DNA from: a virus
Taxonomy: Duplodnaviria; Caudoviricetes
IMG/VR virus record: IMGVR_UViG_3300009117_000043
Span: 1-47,033 of that record
Reading direction: 5' to 3' (one strand)
Length of the DNA stretch: 47,033 bases
Shown: positions 18,161-28,512 of the stretch, one piece after another
Layout of the letters: the number at the start of each line of letters is the position of its first letter
How positions within the stretch are numbered: position 1 is the stretch's first letter
The notes under the pieces: model-generated
What the model saw: only the letters and a program-made list of their open reading frames with translations
Told to the model about the DNA's origin: nothing
Database searches by the model: none
Translations under genes and position numbers: made by a program

Positions 18161-21100
18161 ATTAGTACCGCTGTTATAGGTGGTTACCGTTACCGTACAA
18201 GAAGCGGTATATCCTCCGTCAGCGGTGGTTGCGGTAATGGTTGCTATGCCATTTGACACCGCAGATACCTTACCAGCTGCATCTACAGTAGCGACAGCCG
18301 GGTTGCTGCTCTGCCATGATACACCCTTGTCCGTAGCGTCAGAGGGCGCAATCGTTGTTGCCAGTATCGCCGAGCTGGATGTGGTATTGCTGTAAAGTGT
18401 AATGCTTTTTGGGTTCAGAGTAATCCCTGTTACCCGAATAACAGAGCTTGCCGGATTCACCATGATGTTTTCCTTCACAGATTCGCCAGAAGCCGTGTGG
18501 GTGATAGTCACCTCGGTATCTGTGGTTGTCAGTACCGTTCCATTTGCAGGGCTGACGGTGATTCCGTTTCCGGCAAAATCCTCAAAGTCTATATCCTCCG
18601 AGGTGCTTGCATCCTGATGCAAAGTCACGACAAGGCCTGTAAGATTAAGCTTTTCCCCTGCGGTATAGGAAGTTTTGGACGGTGAGGCTTTAACGCTCAT
18701 TGAGTTCACCGTGATAGGAGCTGCTTCAACAATAGTCATGGTAAGGCTCTTATCATCGTTTACACTGCCTTTTGACAGAGCAACATTATACTGATCGCCA
18801 CTGCTGTAAGTGACAATGGCAGTTACTCCGGCGGCATTGGCGTTATTGCTGATAATATTATTCACATAGCTCTGTACCGCCGCTGTCTTGTCGTCCTGCG
18901 TTGCGCCCATACTTACTTTGACAGTACCGTCTTGAATAGCATCCTTTGCAGCATTTACACGAGCAATATCCGGGTCTACGGCTTCAGTTGCCGTCAATGT
19001 AACCGTATAGATATCAAGAGAATCTGCCTTGCCGTCATTTGCCATAAACACCAGCTTGGTCGTTCCGGCGGCTGTTGACGTATACGAGTAGTTCGTTTCT
19101 GCCGTAACTGTGGCTGCATTATCAACTGACACTTTGTAAGTCAGCGCATCGCCGTCTTCATCCTCGAAAATTGTGGAAAGATCCAGACTATATGACGAAT
19201 TTACTTTAACATTTGCGGTTGCCACAGCCGACACAGCAGCTTTTCTCTTCGGCGCATGGTTGCCGGGGATATGGTTTTTCACAGCAGTCACTTTAAGAGT
19301 AACATCCCCAGCATCAAATGATATTGTAAGATTTATTTCATCCCCAACATTCATGCCTAATCCTGAAAGATAGCTTTCCTCAATAATCAGGGTATTCCCA
19401 TTTACACTATAAGCGGATGTATCGAGGGATGTCGTTCCATTCTTTACTCCCATAACAGCTGTCGCACCGTTCCAAGTAATCGCTGTACTAACATCAGCAG
19501 GAGTATCTAAATTGAAGGATACCTGTGAAGGATTGATATAAGCATTTACAATAGACGTTCCATTCATCAGAAGCTCTGCCGCATTGCTGGTCACATTTCC
19601 CGCTGTATTGCTCACATAACAGCTATAGCTGCCTGCATCAGACATCTGCGCACCGGTAATGGTAAGCTGTGATGTATTAGCCCCGCTTATTCTTCCACCA
19701 TCGGATAATGCTTCTCCCCCTTTTTTCCACTGGTAGCTAAGTGGTGTGCTTCCTGCAGCAACTACAGTAAATTGAACGTCTGCGCCTTCTGATACTGCCT
19801 GCTCAGTGGGTTGTGTTGTAATGGATGGCGCAACCTGTGTTGGCTGGGGATTGGTTGCCGTCAATGTAACCGTATAGGTATCAAGAGAATCACTCTTACC
19901 GTCATTTGCCGTAAACACCAGCTTCGTCGTTCCAGCGGCTGTCGGAGTGCGCGAGTAGTTCGTTTCTGCCTTAACTACGGCTGCATTATCAACTGACACT
20001 TTGTAGGTCAGCACATCGTCGTCTTCATCCTCAAAGATAGTCGAAAGGTCTAGCGTATAGGCCTTGTTTACCTCAACATTTTCAGTAGTCCCAGCCGGTA
20101 CAGCAGCTTTTCTCTTCGGCGCACGGTTAAGTTCTGTAAAGTTGATGGTATATTCCTGTGTTGTAACGCTATCCTCCGCCGTTACTTTAACTTTGGCTGT
20201 TCCCGGGAATTGTGCGGCTTGAGTGATTTCAAGCGTTGCGTTTGGATCCTGCGCAGTCGCAGCAACCTTAGCTGCCTCACTGCCGGGCTGGGTGCCATGC
20301 GGAAGCTCTACACTGTAATTATATTGGTTCGATGTAAACCCGGTAACCGTTATGCCATTTATCTTCATATCACTCAGGAGAGGATTTTTGCTGATTGCCT
20401 TGATTGTCAAGGGAAAGCTCTTGGTAGCACTAATGCCATCTTTTGTTATAGTGGTAATTAGGGTAATCTGCTGATCCGCTTCCCCAGCTGCAGGTCTTGT
20501 CACTGCTCCTGTTGCAGTATCAAGCAGATTAGGAGATGGGTTCTCCAGACTCCATGCAATCGTTGTTTCCTTCGCTCCTATCGTTGGCAATGGATAGACT
20601 AAATTTTTTGTAATGTTATCCTGTGTGCTGTTTCCTCCACGGATCGCACCCCAGGTAAGTGCATCCTTCGCAACGCCGATGTCGATTGCAGCGGGGTTAA
20701 TAAATGGATATCCGCCATTAAAACTACTGTTAATACTCCATAAATCTGTAAAATTCCAATCTACATAGGTCTCCTTGGTCTTCATCTCATTGGTGGTCTT
20801 GCCTTCCCCAAAGGCTGATGAAGCTATGCCTGATGTCTCTTTATCCCAGTAACTGCTTGTAACTGTATTCGTATTATAGCCACGTCCTACCAGACCGCCT
20901 ACCTCGGTTGTGCCAACCACTTTCCCTTTGGCATACGAATTGCTGATGTTGCTACTTAAGATTTGTCCAACAAGTCCACCAACATCACTACCCGTTCCAT
21001 TGACTTTACCTAATGCATAACAATTTGTAATCACACTGCCGCTTAGCGACCCTGCCAGCCCGCCTGCCTCTGATGGCCCACTAGGAGCCGAGGCAGAGTA

Positions 21101-23149
21101 TACTTCACAATCGGTCATTGAGTTAAGGATGCTTACCGACCACATTTCACCAACAAGTCCGCCCACAAGATAATATGTTGACTCTACTCTCCCCGTAAGG
21201 GCAACATTTTGAATGGTCGTATTGCCAGCCATGGTGTTTGCAGCTGCTAAGCCGCCAACGGCATAGCCACCCACTATATTTACATTACTTAGCTTTAAAT
21301 TTTTTATCAGAGCCCCAGGCTTAAGTTCATTTATAAATCCTACGTATTGGGTGTTCGGCCGATTGATAAAAAGATTGTTTATGGCCTTCCCATTCCCATT
21401 CAAGGTCCCCGAAAAAGAAGGTATTGGCAGCCATCCTGCACCCGTATTATAGGGTGCAACACTTAAGTAAATGTCCGCACCCAAGACAAAATGTTTGTCA
21501 GGTGCATATCTGATACCGTTAAGCTGTTCCGGTGTGAAGATCTGAAAGGGATTGTCTACACTGCCGTCACCGCCGGCAAATACCGCATAATTGTAAGTGA
21601 CAACCGGGCTACTGGTCATGAATTTTTTTGCTGCAAAGGCTTTTAGAATACAACTATTGCTTAGCTGTATGGGCCCTGTATACAAGTGGCTGTTCATTGT
21701 GGGTGCACTGCCGTCCGTGGTGTAATAAATTTGCGCGCCCGCGGTTGGCGTTGTCAACGTTACCGTTTGGTTTTGGGTAATCCCTCCTGATGCCAGATTG
21801 GCAACAGGCTGGGAAACAGACTCCGGCACAGTAACCGTCAACTTAAAGCTTTTTGTTTCATGAAACCCGCCCTTAGCTAAAGAGGCCGTTAGTGTAACCT
21901 CTTGATTACCCTGCGTTGCTGTTGGCCTTGTGACTTTGCCTGTCGCCGGGTCTATCCAGCCTGTTGGGGCTGCACTCCAAGAAATGGTTGAGGCATTATC
22001 GCCAATGAGCGGCCACGGGCTTACCAGATCTGCCATCACATAAGTGATCCCACTGGTATTGCCAAAATTAGCGGCATTATTGTCGCCCAAAATCCTTTCG
22101 TAGGTCAGAGAGTAAGCATCTACTGCAACTGCGTCGGCGTCTGATATCAGACCTTTTAGAAAAAAATACCCATCGTTGATACTTCCATACTGGTACCAAG
22201 CCGCAGTATCCCAAGCCCAGGATAGATAACTTTTCGGATCCTTCAATTGGGCCGTGGTTTTGCCCTCGCCAGCTGCAGAATTCGTAAGACCCGATGAGTT
22301 CACGTCCCAAAAGGCCTTTTCAAAAATGGGGCTTCCTGTGATGTCTCCCACTAAGCCGCCAACCTGCTGTGATCCAGCCACGCTTCCGGTTGAAAAAACC
22401 TGCTTCACGTTTAATGACCCATCACAAATTCCAATCAATCCGCCTACACTCTTCTCACCTTTTACGTTACCCCTGGCATATGCGTTAGTAATATTTGAAA
22501 AATTATAACCGACTAAGCCGCCTACAGCCTCAGTCCCTTGTACCGTTGCTGAAGAATAGGATCGTTCTATCTGACCCGCATTAGTTCCCACCAACCCACC
22601 GGTGACCTTAACTCCTTTTACCGAACCGGTAACGTAGGTGTTTCTAATCGTGCAGGTACTTTGACCAGCCAAAGCACCTGTATAGTTGCCTGTGCTTTGT
22701 ACATTAACATTCTCCAGTCTCATATTTTCGATTGAATAACTTGAGTATACATAGCCAAAAAGACCGCTTGATTCTGTAGTTGAGTTGATATAAAGATTTT
22801 TAATGGTTTTCTCATTTCCATTAAACGAACCTGTAAACTGTGCGCTTTGAGTACCTATAGGCACCCACCCATTGCCCGTATTGTAGGGGGCGATGTTCAG
22901 ATCAATGTCTGCTATTTGTATAAAATGTTTGTCAAGGTGGTTCCTCACGTTGTTTAACTGATCCGCTGTGGCAACCTGATAAGGATTGCTCTGAGAACCG
23001 TCACCGCCTGCAAATTCTGCCCGACTATTCCCTCCTGGTTCATCGGCAAATGCCGATACTGGCGCCAATGTAAATGACATAAGCAACAGTACTGCAACAA
23101 GCAGAACAGCCGTAATGCGCCTCCTATTGTTTAAACTACTATCAATCAT
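16622..23149 (-). CDS. 2175-aa secreted surface protein: two GLUG-repeat regions, several Ig/Fn3/cadherin-like domains, 3 SLH and cell-wall-binding repeats
   Basis: Signal peptide (..PVSAFA), repeated VGGLVG, APSITTQP Ig, WQSSNPAVATVD Big_2, HWAKDNI/TRADF/SRQDMA/TRAEA SLH, and WLEIEGKWYYFNADG. Confidence 0.9.
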   Translation of the reverse strand: MIDSSLNNRRRITAVLLVAVLLLMSFTLAPVSAFADEPGGNSRAEFAGGDGSQSNPYQVATADQLNNVRNHLDKHFIQIADIDLNIAPYNTGNGWVPIGTQSAQFTGSFNGNEKTIKNLYINSTTESSGLFGYVYSSYSIENMRLENVNVQSTGNYTGALAGQSTCTIRNTYVTGSVKGVKVTGGLVGTNAGQIERSYSSATVQGTEAVGGLVGYNFSNITNAYARGNVKGEKSVGGLIGICDGSLNVKQVFSTGSVAGSQQVGGLVGDITGSPIFEKAFWDVNSSGLTNSAAGEGKTTAQLKDPKSYLSWAWDTAAWYQYGSINDGYFFLKGLISDADAVAVDAYSLTYERILGDNNAANFGNTSGITYVMADLVSPWPLIGDNASTISWSAAPTGWIDPATGKVTRPTATQGNQEVTLTASLAKGGFHETKSFKLTVTVPESVSQPVANLASGGITQNQTVTLTTPTAGAQIYYTTDGSAPTMNSHLYTGPIQLSNSCILKAFAAKKFMTSSPVVTYNYAVFAGGDGSVDNPFQIFTPEQLNGIRYAPDKHFVLGADIYLSVAPYNTGAGWLPIPSFSGTLNGNGKAINNLFINRPNTQYVGFINELKPGALIKNLKLSNVNIVGGYAVGGLAAANTMAGNTTIQNVALTGRVESTYYLVGGLVGEMWSVSILNSMTDCEVYSASAPSGPSEAGGLAGSLSGSVITNCYALGKVNGTGSDVGGLVGQILSSNISNSYAKGKVVGTTEVGGLVGRGYNTNTVTSSYWDKETSGIASSAFGEGKTTNEMKTKETYVDWNFTDLWSINSSFNGGYPFINPAAIDIGVAKDALTWGAIRGGNSTQDNITKNLVYPLPTIGAKETTIAWSLENPSPNLLDTATGAVTRPAAGEADQQITLITTITKDGISATKSFPLTIKAISKNPLLSDMKINGITVTGFTSNQYNYSVELPHGTQPGSEAAKVAATAQDPNATLEITQAAQFPGTAKVKVTAEDSVTTQEYTINFTELNRAPKRKAAVPAGTTENVEVNKAYTLDLSTIFEDEDDDVLTYKVSVDNAAVVKAETNYSRTPTAAGTTKLVFTANDGKSDSLDTYTVTLTATNPQPTQVAPSITTQPTEQAVSEGADVQFTVVAAGSTPLSYQWKKGGEALSDGGRISGANTSQLTITGAQMSDAGSYSCYVSNTAGNVTSNAAELLMNGTSIVNAYINPSQVSFNLDTPADVSTAITWNGATAVMGVKNGTTSLDTSAYSVNGNTLIIEESYLSGLGMNVGDEINLTISFDAGDVTLKVTAVKNHIPGNHAPKRKAAVSAVATANVKVNSSYSLDLSTIFEDEDGDALTYKVSVDNAATVTAETNYSYTSTAAGTTKLVFMANDGKADSLDIYTVTLTATEAVDPDIARVNAAKDAIQDGTVKVSMGATQDDKTAAVQSYVNNIISNNANAAGVTAIVTYSSGDQYNVALSKGSVNDDKSLTMTIVEAAPITVNSMSVKASPSKTSYTAGEKLNLTGLVVTLHQDASTSEDIDFEDFAGNGITVSPANGTVLTTTDTEVTITHTASGESVKENIMVNPASSVIRVTGITLNPKSITLYSNTTSSSAILATTIAPSDATDKGVSWQSSNPAVATVDAAGKVSAVSNGIATITATTADGGYTASCTVTVTTYNSGTNSGGGGGSSGGMTVPKTNITTDKQPYMPTVAKMSVSGTVKEGILSATITEQMVKDAIKAAQDAAEKSGKKFDGIAVDFNVIGSGSYTNLNATIDAGAIDRLKELGVKFIKIGSSVLDVTLDTGAIAEVDNQSTGTVTVSARKLTKLSDAAKKLIGNRPVFDITVSYQKNGKTEYVSKFGKGIVTLGLAYEATAKENKGNLFGVYVDKNGKPELLTNSSYDNTGRLIFSRNSLSTYGVGYKAPSPAFIDTAKHWAKDNIDFVVSRDLISGTSTTTFAPNTAITRADFLMALGRLSGADVSSYKTSSFTDVKGTDTAMPYIEWAVKNKIVQGIGGGKFGPDEQISRQDMAVMMQNYATATGYKLPVSRQSITFADDAKISAYAKAEVKAIQQTGVVGGKGNNLFDPQGNATRAEASTILRRFVELVIDEGTARGWVQNDAGLLQYIGENGKPAIGWLTTDGGKYHYYFTADGSMVAEKWLEIEGKWYYFNADGSLAKSTKIDGYEVDENGVRKVK

Positions 23150-23169
23150 TAGATTACACTCCTTTTTGT

Positions 23170-23253
23170 CTGTTCATCGTATTAGAGATAAATGGGAAAG
23201 CTCCGGTCTCCCACCCGGTAGATTTTATGTAAATGCTTTTCTTCCTGATTCAT
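23170..23253 (-). pseudogene. Truncated copy of the Cys-rich small protein
   Basis: MNQEEKHLHKIYRVGDRSFPIYL*YDEQ versus MNQEEKHLHKIYQVGDRSFPIYFEYDEQ at 28484. Confidence 0.85.
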
Positions 23254-23282
23254 CCCCCCGCACTCCTTTTCGGGATGGGCAT

Positions 23283-23368
23283 AAAAAAAGCCCTTATGAT
23301 AGCTTTCATTTCTATCATAAGGGCAAACCTAAATGTTAGGTAGTGACTTTTCGTACTCAAAAAGTCAC
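23283..23368 (-). promoter_or_regulatory. Operator-like palindrome plus hairpin, copy 1
   Basis: gtgactttt-N8-aaaagtcac (23343-23368) and a 13-bp hairpin gcccttatgatag/ctatcataagggc with a T tract. Confidence 0.7.
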
Positions 23369-23379
23369 TTTTTTTAGAC

Positions 23380-23457
23380 TCATAGAATGAATTTTTTAAG
23401 TTCCTCAGGCTGGAGCGCAATCGTTTTTCGCAGTTTTCCGGTTGTTTTGCAATCCAT
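23380..23457 (-). pseudogene. Collapsed remnant of a second regulator copy (25 codons)
   Basis: ggagg RBS; MDCKTT...EELKKFIL* sits between the duplicated promoter and operator, in the position held by MDYIT...DELAQYIL in the intact unit. Confidence 0.55.
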
Positions 23458-23488
23458 TACGCTCCCTCCAATCCAATTATTCAAGAAT

Positions 23489-23517
23489 ACTATACTTCCT
23501 GCGCTGGAAGAATTCAA
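23489..23517 (-). promoter_or_regulatory. Sigma-A promoter with a palindrome in the spacer, copy 1
   Basis: TTGAAT-17-TATAGT; spacer contains cttcc-N6-ggaag. Confidence 0.7.
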
Positions 23518-23557
23518 GTTTCCATAATTGTTCAAAAAAGTATACAGATAACGAATA

Positions 23558-25118
23558 TCCTATTCTCCTTTTATTCTTACTTCACTTTTCTCACGCCGTT
23601 TTCATCGACCTCATAGCCGTCAATTTTAGTGCTTTTAGCAAGAGATCCGTCGGCATTGAAGTAGTACCGTTTACCTTCGATCTCCAGCCATTTTCCTGCA
23701 ACCATGCTGCCGTCAACGGTGAAATAATAGTGATACTTGCCGCTTTCGGTGGTGAGCCAGCCGATGGCAGGCTTGCCGTTTTCGCCAATATACTGCCACT
23801 GACCGGCATCATTCTGTACCCAGCCACGTGCTGTGCCTTCGTCAATGACCAACTCCACAAAGCGGCGCAGGATGGTGGATGCTTCCGCACGAGTAGCATT
23901 GCCCTGCGGGTCAAAGAGATTATTGCCCTTACCGCCCACCACTCCGGTCTGCTGGATTGCCTTTACCGCAGCTTTTGCGTAAGCGGAGATTTTTGCATCA
24001 TCGGCAAAGGTGATGCTCTGCCGTGATACAGGCAGCTTGTAGCCGGTAGCCGTTGCATAGTTTTGCATCATTACCGCCATCTGCTCACGAGTGATGGAGT
24101 CGTTTGGCCTGAATTTTCCACTGCCGATGCCCTGCACGATTTTGTTTTTAACCGCCCATTCGATATAAGGCATGGCGGTATCAGTATTCTTCACATCGGT
24201 GAAGCTGCTGGTTTTGTAACTACTCCCATCCGCACCGGAAAGCCTACCCAGTGCCATCAGGAAGTCAGCACGGGTGATGGCTGTATTCGGAGTAAATGTG
24301 CTCTCGCTGCTTCCGGTAATCAAACCACGGCTGACCACAAAATCAATATGGTCCTTTGCCCAATGCTTTGCCGTATCGGTGAAGGTCGGGGCGGGAGCCT
24401 TGTAGCCCACGCCGTAGGTGGACAGGCTGTTTCTGCTGAAAATCAGTCTGCCGGTGTTGTCGTAGCTGGAGTTATTTAAAAGCTGTGGTTTGCCGTTCTT
24501 ATCAACGTACACACCGAACAGATGGCCTTTGTTCTCTCCTCCTGTTGCTTCGTAGGATATCCCCAGCGTTACGATACCCTTACCGAATTTGCTGACATAT
24601 TCGGCTTTTCCATTCTTCTGATAGCTTACGGTAATGTCAAACACAGGACGATTGCCGATGAGCTTCTTTGCCGCATCAGACAGCTTCGTCAGCTTCCTGG
24701 CAGAAACCGTAACCGTGCCGGTGGACTGATTGTCAACCTCGGCAATCGCACCAGTATCAAAGGTTACATCCAATACAGACGAGCCGATTTTAATGAACTT
24801 CACACCCGATTCTTTTAGACGGTCGATTGCACCAGCTTCAATCATTGCATTCAGGTTAGTATAGCTGCCACTGCCTATGACATTGAAATCTACAGCAATT
24901 CCATCAAGCGTCTTGCCGGATTTTTCCGCCGCATCCTGTGCCGCCTTGATGGCGTCCTTCACCATCTGTTCGGTGATGGTTGCAGAGAGAATGCCGTCCT
25001 TCACTGTGCCTGAAACGCTCATGTTTGCCACGGTTGGCATATCGGGCTGTTTATCGGTGGTGATATTGGTTTTCGGTACAGTCATTCCGCCTCCTGAACC
25101 GCCGCCACCGCCGCCTGA
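23558..25118 (-). repeat. Copy 2 of the ~1.55-kb direct repeat
   Basis: Near-identical to 16603-18160. Confidence 0.9.
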
Positions 25119-28097
25119 ATAGCTGTAGTAAAACTCTGCGTGGATGGTGTGATTTTCGGTGACATTGCTAAACGCGTAACTACTGGCCGCACCAACACTT
25201 GTGCCGTCCACTTTTACATCACGGATGGAATAACCGCTGTTTGGCGTGATGGCAAATGTTTGGTTTGCACCTTTTATGACGGATATGTTGCTGGAGGGTG
25301 AAATACTGCCGTTTGCTCCCGCACTGGCTGATATGGTATGTGTCATTGGCTGTGCGGCCGTTACCGTCACCGTCGCCACGCTGGAAGGCACGGAAGCCGC
25401 ACCCATGGCACTTACAACACAATAATAGTAATGGTCGCCCGCTGTTAAATCTGTGGGGATAGTGAAACTCGGAGTTTTTACGCTGGTTGACACACCGCCT
25501 GTGCTGCTATTCGTTTTGCTGCTGAACCATTCATAAGCAGGCACACCGTTTGGCGATACACTTGCGGACACAGACAAGCTTTCAGTAATACTGCCCTGTG
25601 TAACAGTGGTATTGCCGGCGGGCTGAGTGTCAATCGTGATGGTGTAATACGGCTTGCCCGCTCCGCTTTGCGAACCACCTGCGCCAATGTCCGCTCCCAG
25701 GTTTGCGCCGTTATTATCGCCCGCACCGCCTATGGCATTGACCGTTCCCGTGGTATTGATTGTGATTGTGCCCACACTGCCTGCGCTATCCCCGCTACCC
25801 GCCGCACCACCGGAGCCGATGCCCGCGCCGCCATGGCCTTTTATCGTATTCGAACCGTCACCCGCGCCGCCCTGTGCAGTTACGTTTGCATTTTCAGTTA
25901 TCGTAATGGTTCCAGAAGCAGGGGGATTTCCGCCAGAAGTGTCACTTTTTCCACCACCTGAGCCAATGGCTGCGCCGCCGCCAACAGCGAATGTCGAATC
26001 AGAGAAACCAATACCACCTGTGGCCTTGACTTCTGCGTCACCATTGATGGTAATTGTGCCACCTGTACTGCCGTAGCCCCCACCTATGCCCGCACTACAT
26101 TGGCCGCCTGTGGCAGTGACCTTCGCTTCGCCACTGATAGCGATTGCGCCGCCCGCACCCACGTCGCCTCCGCCTATGCCCGCACCACATTGGCCGCCTG
26201 TGGCGTTGACTGTACCACCGTTGATGGTGATTGTGCCGCCCGCACCTCTTCTTCCGCCGCCTATGCCTGCACCGCCGATGCCACCTGTGACCTTGACCGC
26301 ACCACCATTGATGGTAATTGTGCCGCCTGCACCATCGAGGCCGCCACCTATACCTGCATCCTGCGGACCGCCTGTGGCGGTCAGCTTGCCTGTTCCCCCG
26401 GACTGGCCGTATAGAGTCAGGCTGTTGCTGCCTGTAACGGCGATAGCCTTACTTGCAGTCATATTAGCACTGTCCGTCAGGATGATATGAACATCACCGC
26501 TGATGAAGATGATCCTATCTCCATATGTAAATGTACTGTCAACAACGTACCAGCCACTGTTTAGCATGCTGCTGTTGCTTGAAAGGTACTCTGCAGTAAG
26601 TTTTGTATAGACAGCGCGCGACTGCTCCACACCCTTGTCGTCAAGGTAAGGGACAGGGTTGCCAGACCATTCCGTACCTGCGCCACTTTGCGAGCCACCT
26701 GCTCCTATGTTCGTACCCGGATTTGCACCGCCAACATCGACACCGCCTGTGGCGTTGACTGTTCCAGTGGTATTGATTGTAATTGTGCCTAAACTATCGG
26801 CACTGCTCCCAGTACCCGCCGCGCCGCCGGAGCCTATGCCTGCGCCGCCATGGGCTTTTACTGCATTAGAACTGTCACCTCCGCCACCTTGCGAAGTTAC
26901 GTTTGCATTTCCGCTTATTGTAATGCTCCCGGAAGCAGGAGAGTTGCCGTCATGAATATAATTGCTTATACCACCGCCGGAGCCTATACCGGCACCGCCT
27001 CCTAAAGCGAATACAGAACCAGAGAAGCCGCTACCGCCTGTGGCCTTGACTTCCGCATCACCGCTGATGACGATTGTGCCGCCCGCACCGCCTAAGCCGC
27101 CACCGATGCCTGCACCAAAATTGTTACTTGTGGCGGTGACCATGCCGCCATTGATGGTGATATTGCCTCCTGCCCCGTCATCTCCGCCACCTATACCTGC
27201 ACCCTGCACACCACTTTTAGCTGTGACCGTGCCGCCATTAATGGTAATTGTGCCACCCGCACTGCTCTCACCTCCGCCGATGCCCGCATCGCCGTCTTTG
27301 CTACCTGTGACGGTCAGTTTTCCCGTTCCCCCGGACTGGCCGTATATCGTCAGGCTATTACTGCCTTCAACAGTGATACCCTTACTTGCTGTCATATTGG
27401 CGCTGTCTGTCAGGATGATATGAACATCGCCGCTGATGGTAATCCTGTTTGCGTATGTGAACGTACTGTCAACAACATACCAACCGTCGGTCAGCGTGCT
27501 GCTGTTGCTCAAAATATACTCAGCGGTAAGTTTTGTATAGACATCGCATGTCTGCTCCGCTCCCTTGTCATCAAGGTAAGGGACAGGCTCACCAGCACGG
27601 TAGCCTGCGTTTGGCGTCAGCAAAGCAGGCCCTGCCATGGTTGGAGGCTGCGCTGCAACTGGCGAATTTGCTTCGCTTTCCATTCCCGCTTCGTCCTCGG
27701 TGGTAAACTCCTTTGCCGCTACCGTTGAACGCTTCCCCGCAGCATCCTCCAACAAAGCATAAACCGTATAGCCGGTTTGTGCTGCCAACTCTGCAGCAAC
27801 GACTGATGCTGAGCCTTCCGTCACTGCCACCGTTTCTTTGGTTAAGAGAACGGCTTCCTCAGGCGGCTGTTCACCAGACTGGCATACAGTATAGTATACC
27901 GTTCCGTCCGTACTGGCAGAGAAAGCAATCTCAGCGCTATTTTCGGAAATATTCCCCACATCGATGGAAAGAGCTATGGGCTCGCCGCTGTTCTGTATGA
28001 GCAGCTCTTCCTCGGCCATTGCTGTCATTGGTAGCCCTGCAAAAATCAGAGCCGCCGAGAGCAGCAGGCTAAGTATCCGTTTTTGTGTTATTTTCAT
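23577..28097 (-). CDS. 1506-aa secreted surface protein: Fn3-like domain, duplicated Gly-rich beta-solenoid, Ig and B-repeat-like domains, 3 SLH and cell-wall-binding repeats
   Basis: Signal peptide (..MTAMA), many AGIGGG..GGTITINGGTV repeats, and the same C-terminus as 16622-23149. Confidence 0.9.
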   Translation of the reverse strand: MKITQKRILSLLLSAALIFAGLPMTAMAEEELLIQNSGEPIALSIDVGNISENSAEIAFSASTDGTVYYTVCQSGEQPPEEAVLLTKETVAVTEGSASVVAAELAAQTGYTVYALLEDAAGKRSTVAAKEFTTEDEAGMESEANSPVAAQPPTMAGPALLTPNAGYRAGEPVPYLDDKGAEQTCDVYTKLTAEYILSNSSTLTDGWYVVDSTFTYANRITISGDVHIILTDSANMTASKGITVEGSNSLTIYGQSGGTGKLTVTGSKDGDAGIGGGESSAGGTITINGGTVTAKSGVQGAGIGGGDDGAGGNITINGGMVTATSNNFGAGIGGGLGGAGGTIVISGDAEVKATGGSGFSGSVFALGGGAGIGSGGGISNYIHDGNSPASGSITISGNANVTSQGGGGDSSNAVKAHGGAGIGSGGAAGTGSSADSLGTITINTTGTVNATGGVDVGGANPGTNIGAGGSQSGAGTEWSGNPVPYLDDKGVEQSRAVYTKLTAEYLSSNSSMLNSGWYVVDSTFTYGDRIIFISGDVHIILTDSANMTASKAIAVTGSNSLTLYGQSGGTGKLTATGGPQDAGIGGGLDGAGGTITINGGAVKVTGGIGGAGIGGGRRGAGGTITINGGTVNATGGQCGAGIGGGDVGAGGAIAISGEAKVTATGGQCSAGIGGGYGSTGGTITINGDAEVKATGGIGFSDSTFAVGGGAAIGSGGGKSDTSGGNPPASGTITITENANVTAQGGAGDGSNTIKGHGGAGIGSGGAAGSGDSAGSVGTITINTTGTVNAIGGAGDNNGANLGADIGAGGSQSGAGKPYYTITIDTQPAGNTTVTQGSITESLSVSASVSPNGVPAYEWFSSKTNSSTGGVSTSVKTPSFTIPTDLTAGDHYYYCVVSAMGAASVPSSVATVTVTAAQPMTHTISASAGANGSISPSSNISVIKGANQTFAITPNSGYSIRDVKVDGTSVGAASSYAFSNVTENHTIHAEFYYSYSGGGGGGSGGGMTVPKTNITTDKQPDMPTVANMSVSGTVKDGILSATITEQMVKDAIKAAQDAAEKSGKTLDGIAVDFNVIGSGSYTNLNAMIEAGAIDRLKESGVKFIKIGSSVLDVTFDTGAIAEVDNQSTGTVTVSARKLTKLSDAAKKLIGNRPVFDITVSYQKNGKAEYVSKFGKGIVTLGISYEATGGENKGHLFGVYVDKNGKPQLLNNSSYDNTGRLIFSRNSLSTYGVGYKAPAPTFTDTAKHWAKDHIDFVVSRGLITGSSESTFTPNTAITRADFLMALGRLSGADGSSYKTSSFTDVKNTDTAMPYIEWAVKNKIVQGIGSGKFRPNDSITREQMAVMMQNYATATGYKLPVSRQSITFADDAKISAYAKAAVKAIQQTGVVGGKGNNLFDPQGNATRAEASTILRRFVELVIDEGTARGWVQNDAGQWQYIGENGKPAIGWLTTESGKYHYYFTVDGSMVAGKWLEIEGKRYYFNADGSLAKSTKIDGYEVDENGVRKVK
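25656..27587 (-). repeat. Intragenic tandem duplication of a ~310-330-aa module
   Basis: PVPYLDDKG.EQ...GAGGSQSGAG occurs twice (26658-27587 and about 25656-26657). Confidence 0.85.
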
Positions 28098-28154
28098 ATT
28101 CTTTTGACCTCCTTGTATTGGACTAATCTATCCATTGTCTTAATATAGAACTCT

Positions 28155-28484
28155 TTATTCCTCTCCTGCGTTAGGTTTACACCGCCTTGCATCGCACATG
28201 CAGATCCCGATGGGGTCATACGGTGTATGTTCCCGGTAAAACCAGCCGCAGTCACTGCATTCGCTGGGCATCTCTTCTTCCAAGGTCTTCACCTTAGCAT
28301 AAGGGCAGCTTTCCTGCACCGCCGTAACAAACGGCCGGCCTTCTGCCGTGTACTCCGGATATTCTTCAAAATCCGGGTAGGCTGGATAGCTTTCGCCCAT
28401 CTGCTCATCGTATTCAAAATAAATGGGAAAGCTCCGGTCTCCTACCTGATAGATTTTATGCAAATGCTTTTCTTCCTGATTCAT
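28155..28484 (-). CDS. Small acidic Cys-rich hypothetical protein, putative metal-binding
   Basis: C..CxxC..CxC..C cluster; a degenerate second copy exists at 23253. Confidence 0.7.
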   Translation of the reverse strand: MNQEEKHLHKIYQVGDRSFPIYFEYDEQMGESYPAYPDFEEYPEYTAEGRPFVTAVQESCPYAKVKTLEEEMPSECSDCGWFYREHTPYDPIGICMCDARRCKPNAGEE

Positions 28485-28512
28485 CGAATACCACCCCTTT
28501 CATTATGGACAT

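Noticed and set aside
23318-23345. agggcaaacct resembling the start of a second c-di-GMP-I riboswitch
   Set aside because: It lacks the GAAA tetraloop and CGCAAAGC junction, and it is the arm of a hairpin on the opposite strand to the genes.
16603-25118. Diversity-generating retroelement or shufflon behind the repeated surface-protein ends
   Set aside because: There is no reverse transcriptase in the window, the repeats are long and direct rather than inverted, and the differences do not look adenine-specific.
25654-27423. Several Pro-rich plus-strand ORFs (MPAP..PPP)
   Set aside because: They are antisense shadows of the Gly-rich repeats of the 1506-aa protein and have no RBS.
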